Source: a virus (lineage: Duplodnaviria > Caudoviricetes). Taken from it: a stretch of DNA of 55,624 nucleotides. Each line of letters begins with the position of its first letter. Position 1 is the first letter of the stretch. The translations under genes were made by a program, and so were the position numbers. The notes under the pieces are model-generated. The model made no database searches and was not told the origin of the DNA. It worked only from the letters and a program-made list of their open reading frames with translations. Below, one piece after another: positions 18,145 to 27,778 of the stretch. Location of the stretch: the IMG/VR virus record IMGVR_UViG_3300006162_000016, positions 1 through 55,624 of that record. One strand, given 5' to 3'.

Positions 18145-18608
18145 TGATGAAATCAACGCAGAAGGGAAATCAGTACGAGAAGGAAGTTAAGACCATTCTC
18201 GAATCTCAAGGATGGATGGTAGAAGGCCAACATCGTAAGGTGATGTGGATCAGAGACTTCAAAACAGGCCAGATGAAGATGATCATGGCAGGCCGGGATA
18301 TCTTTGGCGTCGATTTAATTGCCAAGAAGAAGGGTGAACGCACTCGATGGATTCAGGTCAGTACCTTGACCCAGAAATCCGCTAAACAAAAACAGGTTAT
18401 GGTATTTCCGTGGACTTTGGAGCATGAGTCTGTGGAATTGTGGCTCCGCTTGGACGGCAAACGGAGTTTCCGAGTCTTTATCCTCAATGCGGCTGGCACA
18501 TTCGCTGAGGCAGAACAACAAGATTTAAAAAGGAGCAAAAACGATGAAGAAGACACCGAAGGGCCTGAAGGACTTAAAGGACAAGTGGCATCAGAGTACC
18601 CTGAATGA
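18144..18608 (+). CDS. PD-(D/E)xK endonuclease, Holliday-junction-resolvase-like
   Basis: KG..YE...L...GW.V...DIFGVDLIA...IQV. Confidence 0.7.
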   Translation: MMKSTQKGNQYEKEVKTILESQGWMVEGQHRKVMWIRDFKTGQMKMIMAGRDIFGVDLIAKKKGERTRWIQVSTLTQKSAKQKQVMVFPWTLEHESVELWLRLDGKRSFRVFILNAAGTFAEAEQQDLKRSKNDEEDTEGPEGLKGQVASEYPE

Positions 18609-18828
18609 CATTAAGCGTTTAAAGCTCCCAGAGCCGGATCACGACTATGGGTTTTCGACATCGTTGCTTGAACAGAGTTTACCGCCGTCAGAATTTGAAA
18701 AGTTTGGTGAATGGATGAACGGACAAACTTGTATGCTTGATGATAAGCTTGGAGTTATCAACTACACGCATGATGTGATCCGTGGGATTGACTTCATTCG
18801 GAATGGCAAGGGCACCTATTGGGACTAA
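18544..18828 (+). CDS. hypothetical protein
   Basis: AAGGAG RBS; F.EWM.GQT motif. Confidence 0.55.
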   Translation: MKKTPKGLKDLKDKWHQSTLNDIKRLKLPEPDHDYGFSTSLLEQSLPPSEFEKFGEWMNGQTCMLDDKLGVINYTHDVIRGIDFIRNGKGTYWD

Positions 18829-18839
18829 AGGGAGACTAT

Positions 18840-19637
18840 ATGGATAATAACGAGCAACTGAAAATACTTACGCTCGACATTGAGAACTTCCCTTGCGAGG
18901 TTTACTCATGGACACTTGGTGAAGTGCACATTCCGTTAGAGTTTTTGAAGAGAGATTGGTCAGTATGCGCTTGGGCCGCACATTGGTATGGAAAGCCGGC
19001 CAATGAAATCATTTATAAAGACAATCGTGGCAAAAGAGATGTGTATGATGACAAGGAGCTCATCAAAGGGCTGGCTGATTTGATGAATCAAGCCGATGTC
19101 ATTGTGGGACAGAATGTAAAAGCTTTTGATATCAAGAAATTAGCTGCCAGAGCAGTCATTCATGGGTTGCCACCGTTCAAACCTGTGAAGGTGACTGATA
19201 TTTTGACTGAAGAACGCCGAGTCTTTGCGTTCACATCGCACAAGTTGGCCTATAAGACAGAAATTGTCGAGGGCAAGTACAAGAAGCTCAAGCATGAGAA
19301 GTATCCGGGCTTTGACTTGTGGAAAGCGTGCATGGCTAACAAGTTGGATGCGTGGAAAGAGATGGAAACGTATTGCAAGCATGACGTTTTATCGACGGAA
19401 GAGCATTATCATCAAGTCCGGGGCTGGATCAGGACCCAGAATATCTCACCGATTGGTAATAGTGGGAAGATGCAATGCCGCTGCGGTAGTAGCCGCCTCA
19501 TTAAGAAGGGGTATGCTCACACAGAGGTGGGCAAGTATCAAGTCTATCGGTGTCTGGACTGTGGCAAGTGGCCACGGAGTCCAATTAATCTACTCACGAA
19601 AGACCTTCGTGTGAATCGTCTTAGGGAGGCTCAATAA
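18840..19637 (+). CDS. RNase H-fold 3'-5' exonuclease (RNase_H_2/YprB-like) with C-terminal zinc ribbon
   Basis: LDIE, GQN..FD, YCKHDV, CRCGS...CLDCG. Confidence 0.8.
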   Translation: MDNNEQLKILTLDIENFPCEVYSWTLGEVHIPLEFLKRDWSVCAWAAHWYGKPANEIIYKDNRGKRDVYDDKELIKGLADLMNQADVIVGQNVKAFDIKKLAARAVIHGLPPFKPVKVTDILTEERRVFAFTSHKLAYKTEIVEGKYKKLKHEKYPGFDLWKACMANKLDAWKEMETYCKHDVLSTEEHYHQVRGWIRTQNISPIGNSGKMQCRCGSSRLIKKGYAHTEVGKYQVYRCLDCGKWPRSPINLLTKDLRVNRLREAQ

Positions 19638-20551
19638 TGAAGTTGCCCAGTTACGTATCAATCTACAACTTTGGTCACCGTGCAGTGGCCAATCTTTTGG
19701 TGGGGCCAGTCTATGTCCAAGAAAAAGTGGATGGGTCACAATTTTCCTTTGGTGTGGGGGAAGATGGTACTGTTATGACCCGTTCCAAAGGTTCTGAGGT
19801 CTTTTTGGAGACTGCAGATAAGCTGTTCAAAGGAGCCGTGGAATATGTCCATTCGATCAAAGATAAACTCACTCCGGGATACGTATATCGTGGAGAAGTT
19901 CTGTGTCGTCCTAAGCATAATACTTTGGCTTATGATCGGGTACCGCGTCATAATGTCGTGCTCTTTGACATCAATACCGGAGAAGAGTGTTACATGGCTT
20001 ATTCCGATATTCTGAATGAAGCAGCCAAGCTCGATCTGGAAGTGGTCCCGTTGATATATCACGGAATCGTGGAATCCGCTGATCAACTCAAAGCCTTCTT
20101 GGAGACGCAAAGCTTCTTAGGAGGGCAGAAAGTTGAAGGTGTGGTTGTGAAACCCGTCAACTATGATCAGTTCGGTACAGATCACAAAGCGCTCATGGGC
20201 AAATATGTTTCGGAAGCGTTCAAAGAGATTCATGGTGGAGAATGGCGAAAGAACAATCCCACACAGAATGGTGTGATTGACGCCATTGCCCTGCAGTACA
20301 AGACGCCGGCCCGTTGGGAGAAGAGCATTCAGCATCTTCGTGATGCCGGAGAGCTCACAGACTCCCCACAAGACATTGGCAAGCTGATGAAAGCTGTGAA
20401 TGTCGATGTGCTCAAGGAATGTGAAGATGAGATCAGAGCCGAGCTCTTTAAACAGGCGTGGCCAAAGATTGCACGCATCATCACAGCAGGGTTGCCGGAA
20501 TACTATAAGAAGATGCTTCTTGAGAAGCAATTCGTGACGGAGGTCAAATAA
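19637..20551 (+). CDS. ATP-dependent RNA ligase (Rnl2-like nucleotidyltransferase)
   Basis: motif I QEKVDGS, GE, LFDI, VP, EGVVVK, KYVS..FKE. Confidence 0.85.
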   Translation: MKLPSYVSIYNFGHRAVANLLVGPVYVQEKVDGSQFSFGVGEDGTVMTRSKGSEVFLETADKLFKGAVEYVHSIKDKLTPGYVYRGEVLCRPKHNTLAYDRVPRHNVVLFDINTGEECYMAYSDILNEAAKLDLEVVPLIYHGIVESADQLKAFLETQSFLGGQKVEGVVVKPVNYDQFGTDHKALMGKYVSEAFKEIHGGEWRKNNPTQNGVIDAIALQYKTPARWEKSIQHLRDAGELTDSPQDIGKLMKAVNVDVLKECEDEIRAELFKQAWPKIARIITAGLPEYYKKMLLEKQFVTEVK

Positions 20552-20552
20552 G

Positions 20553-21038
20553 ATGAAAGTGATATTCTTAGATTTCGATGGAGTGATCAACTCCGAGGCT
20601 AGTTTCCGCTATGAAGTTCGGCGGAAGACACAAAGTGTTGGAGATACGCTTTCTCCTATTGCGTGTTCCAATCTGCAGTACATCCTTGATCAAGATGCGG
20701 ATATCAAACTTGTCATCTCATCGACATGGCGTAAGCTCCATTCTCTTGAGGAATTGAAACACATCCTTCAGGCCTACGGAGTCAATGGAAACAAGGTCTT
20801 GAGCAAGACACCTTGCGTATTCAGTGGTGATCGGGGCCATGAGATTCGTCTGTGGCTTGATGAGAATCCGAATGTGACAAAATACGTCATCTTGGATGAC
20901 GATAGCACAGCTATGAGTGCCTTGCAGACTGAAGCGGGTGAAGACAAACGAGGTCACTTCTTCCAAACGACATGGGAAGATGGACTCCTGAACAAACAGG
21001 CGAAAGCAATTGCAAAACTTTTCCGAGGAGAAAAATAA
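20553..21038 (+). CDS. HAD phosphatase, Swiss-Army-Knife RNA-repair type
   Basis: FLDFDGV, VISSTWR, RG.EI..WL, YVILDD. Confidence 0.85.
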   Translation: MKVIFLDFDGVINSEASFRYEVRRKTQSVGDTLSPIACSNLQYILDQDADIKLVISSTWRKLHSLEELKHILQAYGVNGNKVLSKTPCVFSGDRGHEIRLWLDENPNVTKYVILDDDSTAMSALQTEAGEDKRGHFFQTTWEDGLLNKQAKAIAKLFRGEK

Positions 21039-21277
21039 TGGAACTTAACTTCGTCGAAATGGTGAAATTATCCCTTGACAAAGACCTATGTGATCTGTTA
21101 GACTCTAAGAGAGTGCATGTCTCTGAAGTCATGGCCTTGCAGATGCTTCGATTGCAGCGGGGTAAGGCTTTCGTTATAACGAGCGCTGGAACGAGTGTGG
21201 AAGGCTGGACGCCGGACGGGGTGAAATGGTATCCCAGTGAACCGGGAACCTTTACGACAGGTGGAGAAACCAAATGA
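21038..21277 (+). CDS. hypothetical protein
   Basis: AGGAG RBS and TAATG coupling at 21038. Confidence 0.55.
   Translation: MELNFVEMVKLSLDKDLCDLLDSKRVHVSEVMALQMLRLQRGKAFVITSAGTSVEGWTPDGVKWYPSEPGTFTTGGETK
21075..21104 (+). promoter_or_regulatory. possible intragenic sigma70 promoter P6
   Basis: CC-TTGACA, 18 nt, TGt-TAGACT, resembling P5. Confidence 0.45.
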
Positions 21278-22026
21278 ATAAACGACTGGTAGAATATGCC
21301 ACTTTGGGTCTGATCAATATAGTCTGTTTTTTCGGCCTGAAAAGCTATAATGACAATCACCAAGTGCGCCTTGTGAGTGCGCTTTTACCCAAAGTCGTGA
21401 AAGTGCAGCCAGTCGGACCATTGTACAAATATGAGCCCTACGCTATCAGCTTCTTTGAGATCGGTTTTAAGAAGCATAAGGTGGGTTTTGGGGTCATGGG
21501 CCATGGAAGTGGAGTCTATCTCGATTCAGATGGCCTTATTGTCACCTGTGCCCATGTGGTAGAGGGTACATCCTTGGCTGAGATATCCGTGGAAGCGGAT
21601 AAGCCTACTTTATACCCGAAACGGTATAAAACGGCTGGAAAGGTCTTGGCATACGTTGTAGGACGCGATAGGGAGCACGATGTGGCCCTTTTAAGGCTGG
21701 TAAACCCTCCGTGGTACGTTGGGTCCGTTTCCATAGCAAAGTCTGTCAGAAAGGGGATGCCTGTGCTTACAATAGGCTTTCCGGGGCCGTTTCACAAGTA
21801 TGTGACTGCCGGCATTATCTCTGGGTCCATGGGTGGGGATATCTACTCAGATTTGACCATCGCCCCCGGTAACTCAGGTGGCGGGGTGTTTAATGTCAAT
21901 GGGGAGCTTGTTGGCTTGGCCAGATTCATGACCGGGCCTGTAGACGTTCCAATTTCACAAGGATTCAGTGGATTAACGTCCTTGAGAGTCATTCGCGCAT
22001 TAGTGGAGAAGTATCGAGGGTTCTAG
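21274..22026 (+). CDS. membrane-anchored trypsin-like serine protease (HtrA-type domain, no PDZ)
   Basis: N-terminal TM; TCAHV, DVALL, PGNSGG triad motifs. Confidence 0.9.
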   Translation: MNKRLVEYATLGLINIVCFFGLKSYNDNHQVRLVSALLPKVVKVQPVGPLYKYEPYAISFFEIGFKKHKVGFGVMGHGSGVYLDSDGLIVTCAHVVEGTSLAEISVEADKPTLYPKRYKTAGKVLAYVVGRDREHDVALLRLVNPPWYVGSVSIAKSVRKGMPVLTIGFPGPFHKYVTAGIISGSMGGDIYSDLTIAPGNSGGGVFNVNGELVGLARFMTGPVDVPISQGFSGLTSLRVIRALVEKYRGF

Positions 22027-22034
22027 GAGGATGT

Positions 22035-22220
22035 ATGAACTGGGACAGACTCATTGCTATTTGTTCAATGCTTCTCGATGCTGGAATTCTTTGGATACTG
22101 ATCGAGGAGTTTAACTTCGACAAGATTGCTTACGAGAAGGAGCAGTATAAGAAGATGAGTCGTAGGAAGAAAGAGTTTAAGTTGCCAGAGTCAACATTGA
22201 CTGAGGGAGAAGGTAAATGA
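22035..22220 (+). CDS. small single-TM protein
   Basis: AGGAGG RBS; hydrophobic N-half. Confidence 0.55.
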   Translation: MNWDRLIAICSMLLDAGILWILIEEFNFDKIAYEKEQYKKMSRRKKEFKLPESTLTEGEGK

Positions 22221-22305
22221 GCACAAGGAAAGCATTCTTAGCCGGAGTGATCTACACTCTCGGAACCATTATTGGTTTTGGGCTCACTCAAGGATGGTGG
22301 AGTAA

Positions 22306-22587
22306 ATGATTCGATGGATAGGACTGATATGTGCTACAGGGTCCGTTCTTTTTGACCTAGCCTCATATTGGAAGCAGATTAGTAAGACTCTGCGTACAAA
22401 ACGGAGTGCTCAGGTATCATCGAGCGCGTATCTGATGAAGTTGTCGCATTACACTTGTTCTATCATTGCCTTGGCTGTCTTTGCGAACTGGACAGGATTC
22501 ACAATGGAGATGTTTGCGTTCGGCGCCTGCCTGATCTGTTTCGGGCTGGTCATTAAGTTTAAACCTAAGAATTGGAGGCTTTTCTGA
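22306..22587 (+). CDS. PQ-loop/SemiSWEET-like three-TM protein
   Basis: IG..A...(WK)QI.K..RTK....VS pattern with three TM helices. Confidence 0.6.
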   Translation: MIRWIGLICATGSVLFDLASYWKQISKTLRTKRSAQVSSSAYLMKLSHYTCSIIALAVFANWTGFTMEMFAFGACLICFGLVIKFKPKNWRLF

Positions 22588-22991
22588 TGCGTGGTTGCAT
22601 GTCATGTGATAACGAACAAGAGACGGCTTATCTCATGGGAATGAAAGATGTCAGTCAGATTCAATGTCCTGTGTGCCGACTTGAGACTGTAGAGAAGCGT
22701 ACCATTCAGTCATTGGTGAAAGAAGCTCATGAGACGGCAGTAGAAAAAGGCTGGTGGCGGGATGAACGGTCCCTGCTTGATTGCATTGCACTTATCCATT
22801 GTGAACTGAGTGAAGCCGTGGAAGCCTATCGCAAAGGAGATGAGGCCCATGTCGTTGAAGAGTTGGCTGATGTGCTTATTCGTGTGTTTGACTTATGTGG
22901 TCGTCGGGGCTGGAATCTTGAGAAGTCTGTCCTTGATAAGATGGCCTTCAATAAGACTCGATCTTATAGACATGGAGGGAAGATAGCGTGA
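22587..22991 (+). CDS. MazG-like NTP pyrophosphohydrolase
   Basis: LIHCELSEAVEA, EELADVLIR..DL, KM.FN..R...HG. Confidence 0.9.
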   Translation: MRGCMSCDNEQETAYLMGMKDVSQIQCPVCRLETVEKRTIQSLVKEAHETAVEKGWWRDERSLLDCIALIHCELSEAVEAYRKGDEAHVVEELADVLIRVFDLCGRRGWNLEKSVLDKMAFNKTRSYRHGGKIA

Positions 22992-23164
22992 TTGACTTTC
23001 TTAAAGAGCTCTGGTTTCTTCTTCATTATTTTCCGCTTGGTTGCACAGTCATCTATCTATGGGGGATGTATGTTGGATATATACTGCAAAATAGACTTGG
23101 ACGATAAATTTGAGCCCGTTATCGACGAGCCTGAAGAGATTTCGATTGAGGAGGATGAAGAATA

Positions 23165-23407
23165 ATGGATAAGCGTGCAAGAGCTGGATACATGTTGACT
23201 CTGGATGATGCCATTAAATTCTGGACTCGTTGCCAAGAAGCTGAGAAGGCTTTGGGTGAGAAGTTGACCCGCGAAGAGCGCGAGAAGCTTCTTCAATCCA
23301 TGCAGATCGGTAAAGAGATGACTGTGGAAGACCTGCGTGAACTGATGCAGAACAAAAAGACTTTGATCATCAAAGATAAAAATAATACTCAGGATGAGGA
23401 CAAGTAA
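23165..23407 (+). CDS. hypothetical protein
   Basis: ORF track, tight packing. Confidence 0.55.
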   Translation: MDKRARAGYMLTLDDAIKFWTRCQEAEKALGEKLTREEREKLLQSMQIGKEMTVEDLRELMQNKKTLIIKDKNNTQDEDK

Positions 23408-23689
23408 ATGGGTGTCACGGTCTACAAACTCGACGAGAATCTTATATGCCGATGTGGGCATAAATGGGAGGAGCATCATCACGGATGCGTAATGAACAAT
23501 GCATATGCTACTTATCCACTTAACATTAATGGCCTCATTGCACAGGAATGTGAACACAATCAAGTCAATGGAGAATATTTTCTTAATCGCGGCGAAAAGA
23601 AGTATTGCAAGTGTAACGGCTTCAAACCACGAGCACTCAATGTCCAGAAGCTTGTTAATGAATGGATAAAAACACATGACCCTAGATGA
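23408..23689 (+). CDS. Cys/His-rich hypothetical protein
   Basis: CRCGH...H...C...C...CKC..F. Confidence 0.55.
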   Translation: MGVTVYKLDENLICRCGHKWEEHHHGCVMNNAYATYPLNINGLIAQECEHNQVNGEYFLNRGEKKYCKCNGFKPRALNVQKLVNEWIKTHDPR

Positions 23690-24005
23690 CATTTTACCAG
23701 ACCAGCCAGATCAAGACAATCCGGGCGTAATCGAACCTACGCTTCAAGCAGCGGCCAATGCTGCGGAGAATTTGATTGGCCAGATTCAGATGGTGGCTGT
23801 GAATTCCAGTGACATTGCTTCATGGGGGTATAAGCCTCTCACAGCTCAGTTACAGATTCAATTCACAAACAATCGTGTCTATATGTACGAGAACATTTCA
23901 CCGATAGAGTTTGAGCAGTTGATGCTGGCACCGTCCAAAGGTAAGGCATTCTGGGCACTGATCCGAAGGAATCCGATCGGACATCCCTTTACGAGGATAC
24001 AATAA
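23676..24005 (+). CDS. KTSC domain protein
   Basis: VNSSDIASWGY...LQIQF...VYMY..I...F..L..APSKG.AF...IR. Confidence 0.85.
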   Translation: MTLDDILPDQPDQDNPGVIEPTLQAAANAAENLIGQIQMVAVNSSDIASWGYKPLTAQLQIQFTNNRVYMYENISPIEFEQLMLAPSKGKAFWALIRRNPIGHPFTRIQ

Positions 24006-24709
24006 TGGCTGAAGATATTGAAAAGACGCTAGAAGCGTCAGACGAAGATGTTTTGAGTCTCAAGAAGGACGGCGTAGCTCTCACTGGGGGAAGCACCCGG
24101 ATGAAGGCACCTGTGCCTGATTCTCCGACGGGACTCAATCAAGAGCTTTTAAACATGCTCACGCTTGGGAAGAAGTCCTATCAGTTTCAAGGAATTGATC
24201 GGTGTATCCGAGTCCTTGAGAAAGGGACTCCGAATCAGAGACACTGTATGGCGATGATGATCAATAACTTGACCACTAACCAGCGGCTCTGTTCAAGCTG
24301 TGACCGGATTAAAGACCCAAATGCCAATCCCAAGGTCATCAATAGTTCGATGATCCGTCTTTCACAAAAGGAATTGGAAGAGTGTGGATTGCAGTCTGAT
24401 CCATTGCTCAATGCCAAAGCAGCTCCTGAGCCGGTGAAGCCTAAACGGACACGGAGAACGAAAGAGGAGATGGCCACCTCAGAACCAAGGAGATCGAAAG
24501 TGAAGACACCAAATAGTGTGAAAATCGAAATGACGATGGAGGACTTGAAAAAGAATCCTAATGTGCTCTCTGTCATGCTCCAAAAGACATTGGATGCTAT
24601 TTATGAACTTCCCGTCTCGAATTTCCGTGAAGCTGAGGAAATCCGTGTTGTGAAGGAACGTGTTGAAGAATTTTTAAGCTATCAAGCCGAACCCTCTAAA
24701 GGAGAATAA
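24005..24709 (+). CDS. hypothetical protein
   Basis: ORF track, coupled. Confidence 0.6.
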   Translation: MAEDIEKTLEASDEDVLSLKKDGVALTGGSTRMKAPVPDSPTGLNQELLNMLTLGKKSYQFQGIDRCIRVLEKGTPNQRHCMAMMINNLTTNQRLCSSCDRIKDPNANPKVINSSMIRLSQKELEECGLQSDPLLNAKAAPEPVKPKRTRRTKEEMATSEPRRSKVKTPNSVKIEMTMEDLKKNPNVLSVMLQKTLDAIYELPVSNFREAEEIRVVKERVEEFLSYQAEPSKGE

Positions 24710-24711
24710 CA

Positions 24712-25101
24712 ATGGGACAGTCATTTTACCAGCAAGTAACAAACATCCTTCAGGCTACGCAGGCCAAGATGGAAGCTATGGACAATCAGATCATGTCTTT
24801 GACTCATGTCCTCAAAGAAGTGGTGGGAAAAGAGCTGATGCGCGGCCAAGCTCTGCACAAGGTGCTTATGGATAAAGGCCATGTCACGGATGAAGAGCTG
24901 AAGAAGGCCCTTGAAGACATGATTGCTGAAGCCAAAGCTGATCTGCAGAAGGAAGCTGAGAAGGTTCAAGAAGCCAAGCAGAAGGCGGTTGAGATTCTTG
25001 TGCCGGACTCTGTGAAAGCCAATAGCAACACTGATCCGACTCCGACGCCGGCAGTCGTCCCTGTCACAGATACCATCGTGCCTACTGAGGAGAAAAAATA
25101 A
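24712..25101 (+). CDS. coiled-coil hypothetical protein
   Basis: AAGGAG RBS; heptad-rich. Confidence 0.6.
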   Translation: MGQSFYQQVTNILQATQAKMEAMDNQIMSLTHVLKEVVGKELMRGQALHKVLMDKGHVTDEELKKALEDMIAEAKADLQKEAEKVQEAKQKAVEILVPDSVKANSNTDPTPTPAVVPVTDTIVPTEEKK

Positions 25102-25586
25102 TGTCTTGCCCACTCTGTACAGAAAAGCTTACGCGGGAGAGTGCCCGGCTACTCAACAAAGCTTGTGGTCCCTGTCAGCGCCAAGTGAAACAGCTTATGG
25201 CTGGATTCCGGGGTGTCATTATGGAATCAAGAGCCCCTAAGCATACTTGGGACAATACGAAGGGCTACATGGAGTGGGTTGGCCAATTGGAACAGACGGA
25301 TGCTGATACCGTCCCGTTCAAGAAAAATGCAGAGTATGTAGAACAGCGCTGTGACATTCGAGACATGAAACGCATTGTAGGCCTACCGGAATTCCTTCCT
25401 TTGGAATCCCAAGTCTATACTGCGTGGATTGGGGAGGGAGTGAAGGATGAGAAGATTCAAGAAGTCCTTGGATTGACTTATTCGCAGCTCTTTCATATCA
25501 AGAGTGTCATTCGCAATCGACTGCAGAGAAAGATGGCCGAGTACCATCAGGTGAAGAAGCTGGACAAGGAGACGACAAATGGCTGA
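25101..25586 (+). CDS. zinc-finger plus sigma-4-like HTH protein, possible late regulator
   Basis: CPLC...CGPC; L.PLE..VY......K...I...LG.T......I...I..RL. Confidence 0.45.
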   Translation: MSCPLCTEKLTRESARLLNKACGPCQRQVKQLMAGFRGVIMESRAPKHTWDNTKGYMEWVGQLEQTDADTVPFKKNAEYVEQRCDIRDMKRIVGLPEFLPLESQVYTAWIGEGVKDEKIQEVLGLTYSQLFHIKSVIRNRLQRKMAEYHQVKKLDKETTNG

Positions 25587-25911
25587 TCATGAATTTAGTC
25601 TGAATGTGAATAAGATTGGTAGCGAAGTGAAAGTAGTCACAGAACAGGTACGCACAGATGATGCGGATATCTATGACCTTCGACGGCAGATTGAGGCGTA
25701 TCAAGTTGTCAAGGATTACTTGCGTACTGAAATCCTTCGACTGCAGAAGCTTATGGAACAGATGACACACAATATCATCAACTTGGATATGAAGCTTCGT
25801 GATCGGAAGCCTGCCGGAGAGCCTAAGAACATTCGTAGACTCTATGCTCCGGGGTCAACCTATGAGCTCAAAGACGGAGAAGGGAATTCTGTGGAGGGAG
25901 AAATCGTATAA
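25579..25911 (+). CDS. coiled-coil hypothetical protein
   Basis: AAGGAG RBS. Confidence 0.55.
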   Translation: MADHEFSLNVNKIGSEVKVVTEQVRTDDADIYDLRRQIEAYQVVKDYLRTEILRLQKLMEQMTHNIINLDMKLRDRKPAGEPKNIRRLYAPGSTYELKDGEGNSVEGEIV

Positions 25912-27098
25912 TGAAAAAGTTCTATATGTTATTCGTGAACTATCTGAAGGTGGGAGCAATCTGGATCACAGATATAGTGAATAAGCTATATGATCCTTTT
26001 GAGCTTCCGCCGACACATGATCCTGTGAGTTATCCTCCGACATTAGAATCCTTGTTCTATGCCGACTTGGAAGCACGCTTCATGCAACCGTCTGGGGAGT
26101 TCTGGTATCAAATCCCTAGACCGGCTGATGCAGGTGACACAGCTCTCTTTCAAGGACTGGCCACTGGCATGAAAATTCTGAAGAACGCTGATGTGTCAAA
26201 GCAGATTGACTTCATCAACACTCTTTTCATTAACGGGACTCTCATTCGTGGATACGATAACACAGGAAAGCCAAATGACACAACTTCTAACGACTCAGCC
26301 ACTGGACTACTCTTTTTCTTCTACTGCGCGTTGCGTTGGGGCACAGATGATGTTCGAGCGAAAGCAGGTGCCCTCTTACGAACGTGGGCCAATAGCCTAC
26401 GAGCGCACAATTGGGCCTTGGTGGACCTTCAAGGTAACCCGACTGCCTACGGAGCTCTAGAAGACGGAGTGTTGACTGATCCCCTCAGAATGACTCTTCT
26501 ATTAGGCATTCTTGCCGTGGCAAGGGCTTATGACCAGTCTTTTGGGCAGGATTATGCAGACCTGTATAATACGTACCGTCCTATCCTTGCATACCCGAAA
26601 GTGAAGTTATTGTGGTGGGACACTGTGTATGATACGCATCGTGCGGCCATTCATACGCATATTCTGTACTGGATGACCAAAGATGAGGTCTACAAGAGAG
26701 CTCTGCAGAGAATATGGCGCATCACAGAGAAAGAGCAGAACGCATGGACTTATACGCTCTGTTCGATTGCCTTAGACAACCCGGATGGCTCATTGGTACG
26801 GCGCATCCTCAGTACCTTTGACTTCAATCGGCGCCAACTAGGGAATGTGGAGAGTATCAACAATGGCGTCCTGACTGTGAACTGGCCACCAGCCTTACCT
26901 TTTAACCTGACAACGCCAATTGAGCGCTGCCGTTATGCGCTACCTTTCTATCGTCGTGGCAGTCAGGAGTTTTTCTGGCAACGTAATCTGTTCAGTTTGG
27001 ATGAATGGGTTGGAAATAAAACGGCTGATACCTATCATAGTGGGTTAGACTTCCTCATTTGTGGTTGGTTAGCTAATAGACTGGGGTTACTTTCATGA
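25911..27098 (+). CDS. large helical aromatic-rich protein, possible alpha/alpha-toroid enzyme
   Basis: 395 aa ORF; GDTALFQG, TSNDSATG, SGLDFL; fold is a guess. Confidence 0.45.
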   Translation: MKKFYMLFVNYLKVGAIWITDIVNKLYDPFELPPTHDPVSYPPTLESLFYADLEARFMQPSGEFWYQIPRPADAGDTALFQGLATGMKILKNADVSKQIDFINTLFINGTLIRGYDNTGKPNDTTSNDSATGLLFFFYCALRWGTDDVRAKAGALLRTWANSLRAHNWALVDLQGNPTAYGALEDGVLTDPLRMTLLLGILAVARAYDQSFGQDYADLYNTYRPILAYPKVKLLWWDTVYDTHRAAIHTHILYWMTKDEVYKRALQRIWRITEKEQNAWTYTLCSIALDNPDGSLVRRILSTFDFNRRQLGNVESINNGVLTVNWPPALPFNLTTPIERCRYALPFYRRGSQEFFWQRNLFSLDEWVGNKTADTYHSGLDFLICGWLANRLGLLS

Positions 27099-27430
27099 AG
27101 AAAATGAGAACGTGTCCTGAGTGTGGTGGCCGTGGCTACTATGCCTTCGATCATTATGGTCATTTAGTGACCGATGTTCTATGTGCTTGCTTGATGTGTG
27201 GAGGGTATGGGAACGTTGAGGTGGATGAATGAAATTTGAATACGTCCTCATATCGCTAGTCTTGGGCTGGTTCATCTTGATTGGAATCTGTATGTGGTTG
27301 GTGATCCGATGAAAAAAGAAGATATCAAAGCACATCTAATAGGACCGATAGACATGGATGCCTTTCGCTACATGGGGTGGCATTGTAAGAAATGTCAAAT
27401 ATCTGTCTTTAATCTATTGAGTGAACTTTT

Positions 27431-27778
27431 ATGAGAACCATCATTGCTGGAAGTCGAAACATGCAGATGGCCGTGCACAAGGTATTCAAGGCCATAAAGG
27501 ACTGCGGTTGGCCAGTCACAGAGATCGTGAGTGGTGGAGGTGGGAATGTTGACCATGCAGCCGAGTACGTGGCCAGTGTCCTTAAGCTACCTTTCACCTG
27601 CTATCCTGCAGACTGGAAGCAAGGACGTAAGGCCGGCCCTCTGAGAAATAGACAGATGGCTGAGAATGCAGACGCATTGATTGCCATATGGGATGGTAAG
27701 AGCTGTGGAACATTTAACATGATCAAGGAAGCGTCCAAGAGACAGCTTTCTGTGTTCGTGACTGGGGAGAGTTTATAA
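27431..27778 (+). CDS. SLOG-family protein (YspA/DUF2493-like)
   Basis: IIAGSR, EIVSGG, PADW, AGPLRN.QMA, AIWDGKS.GT..MI. Confidence 0.85.
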   Translation: MRTIIAGSRNMQMAVHKVFKAIKDCGWPVTEIVSGGGGNVDHAAEYVASVLKLPFTCYPADWKQGRKAGPLRNRQMAENADALIAIWDGKSCGTFNMIKEASKRQLSVFVTGESL

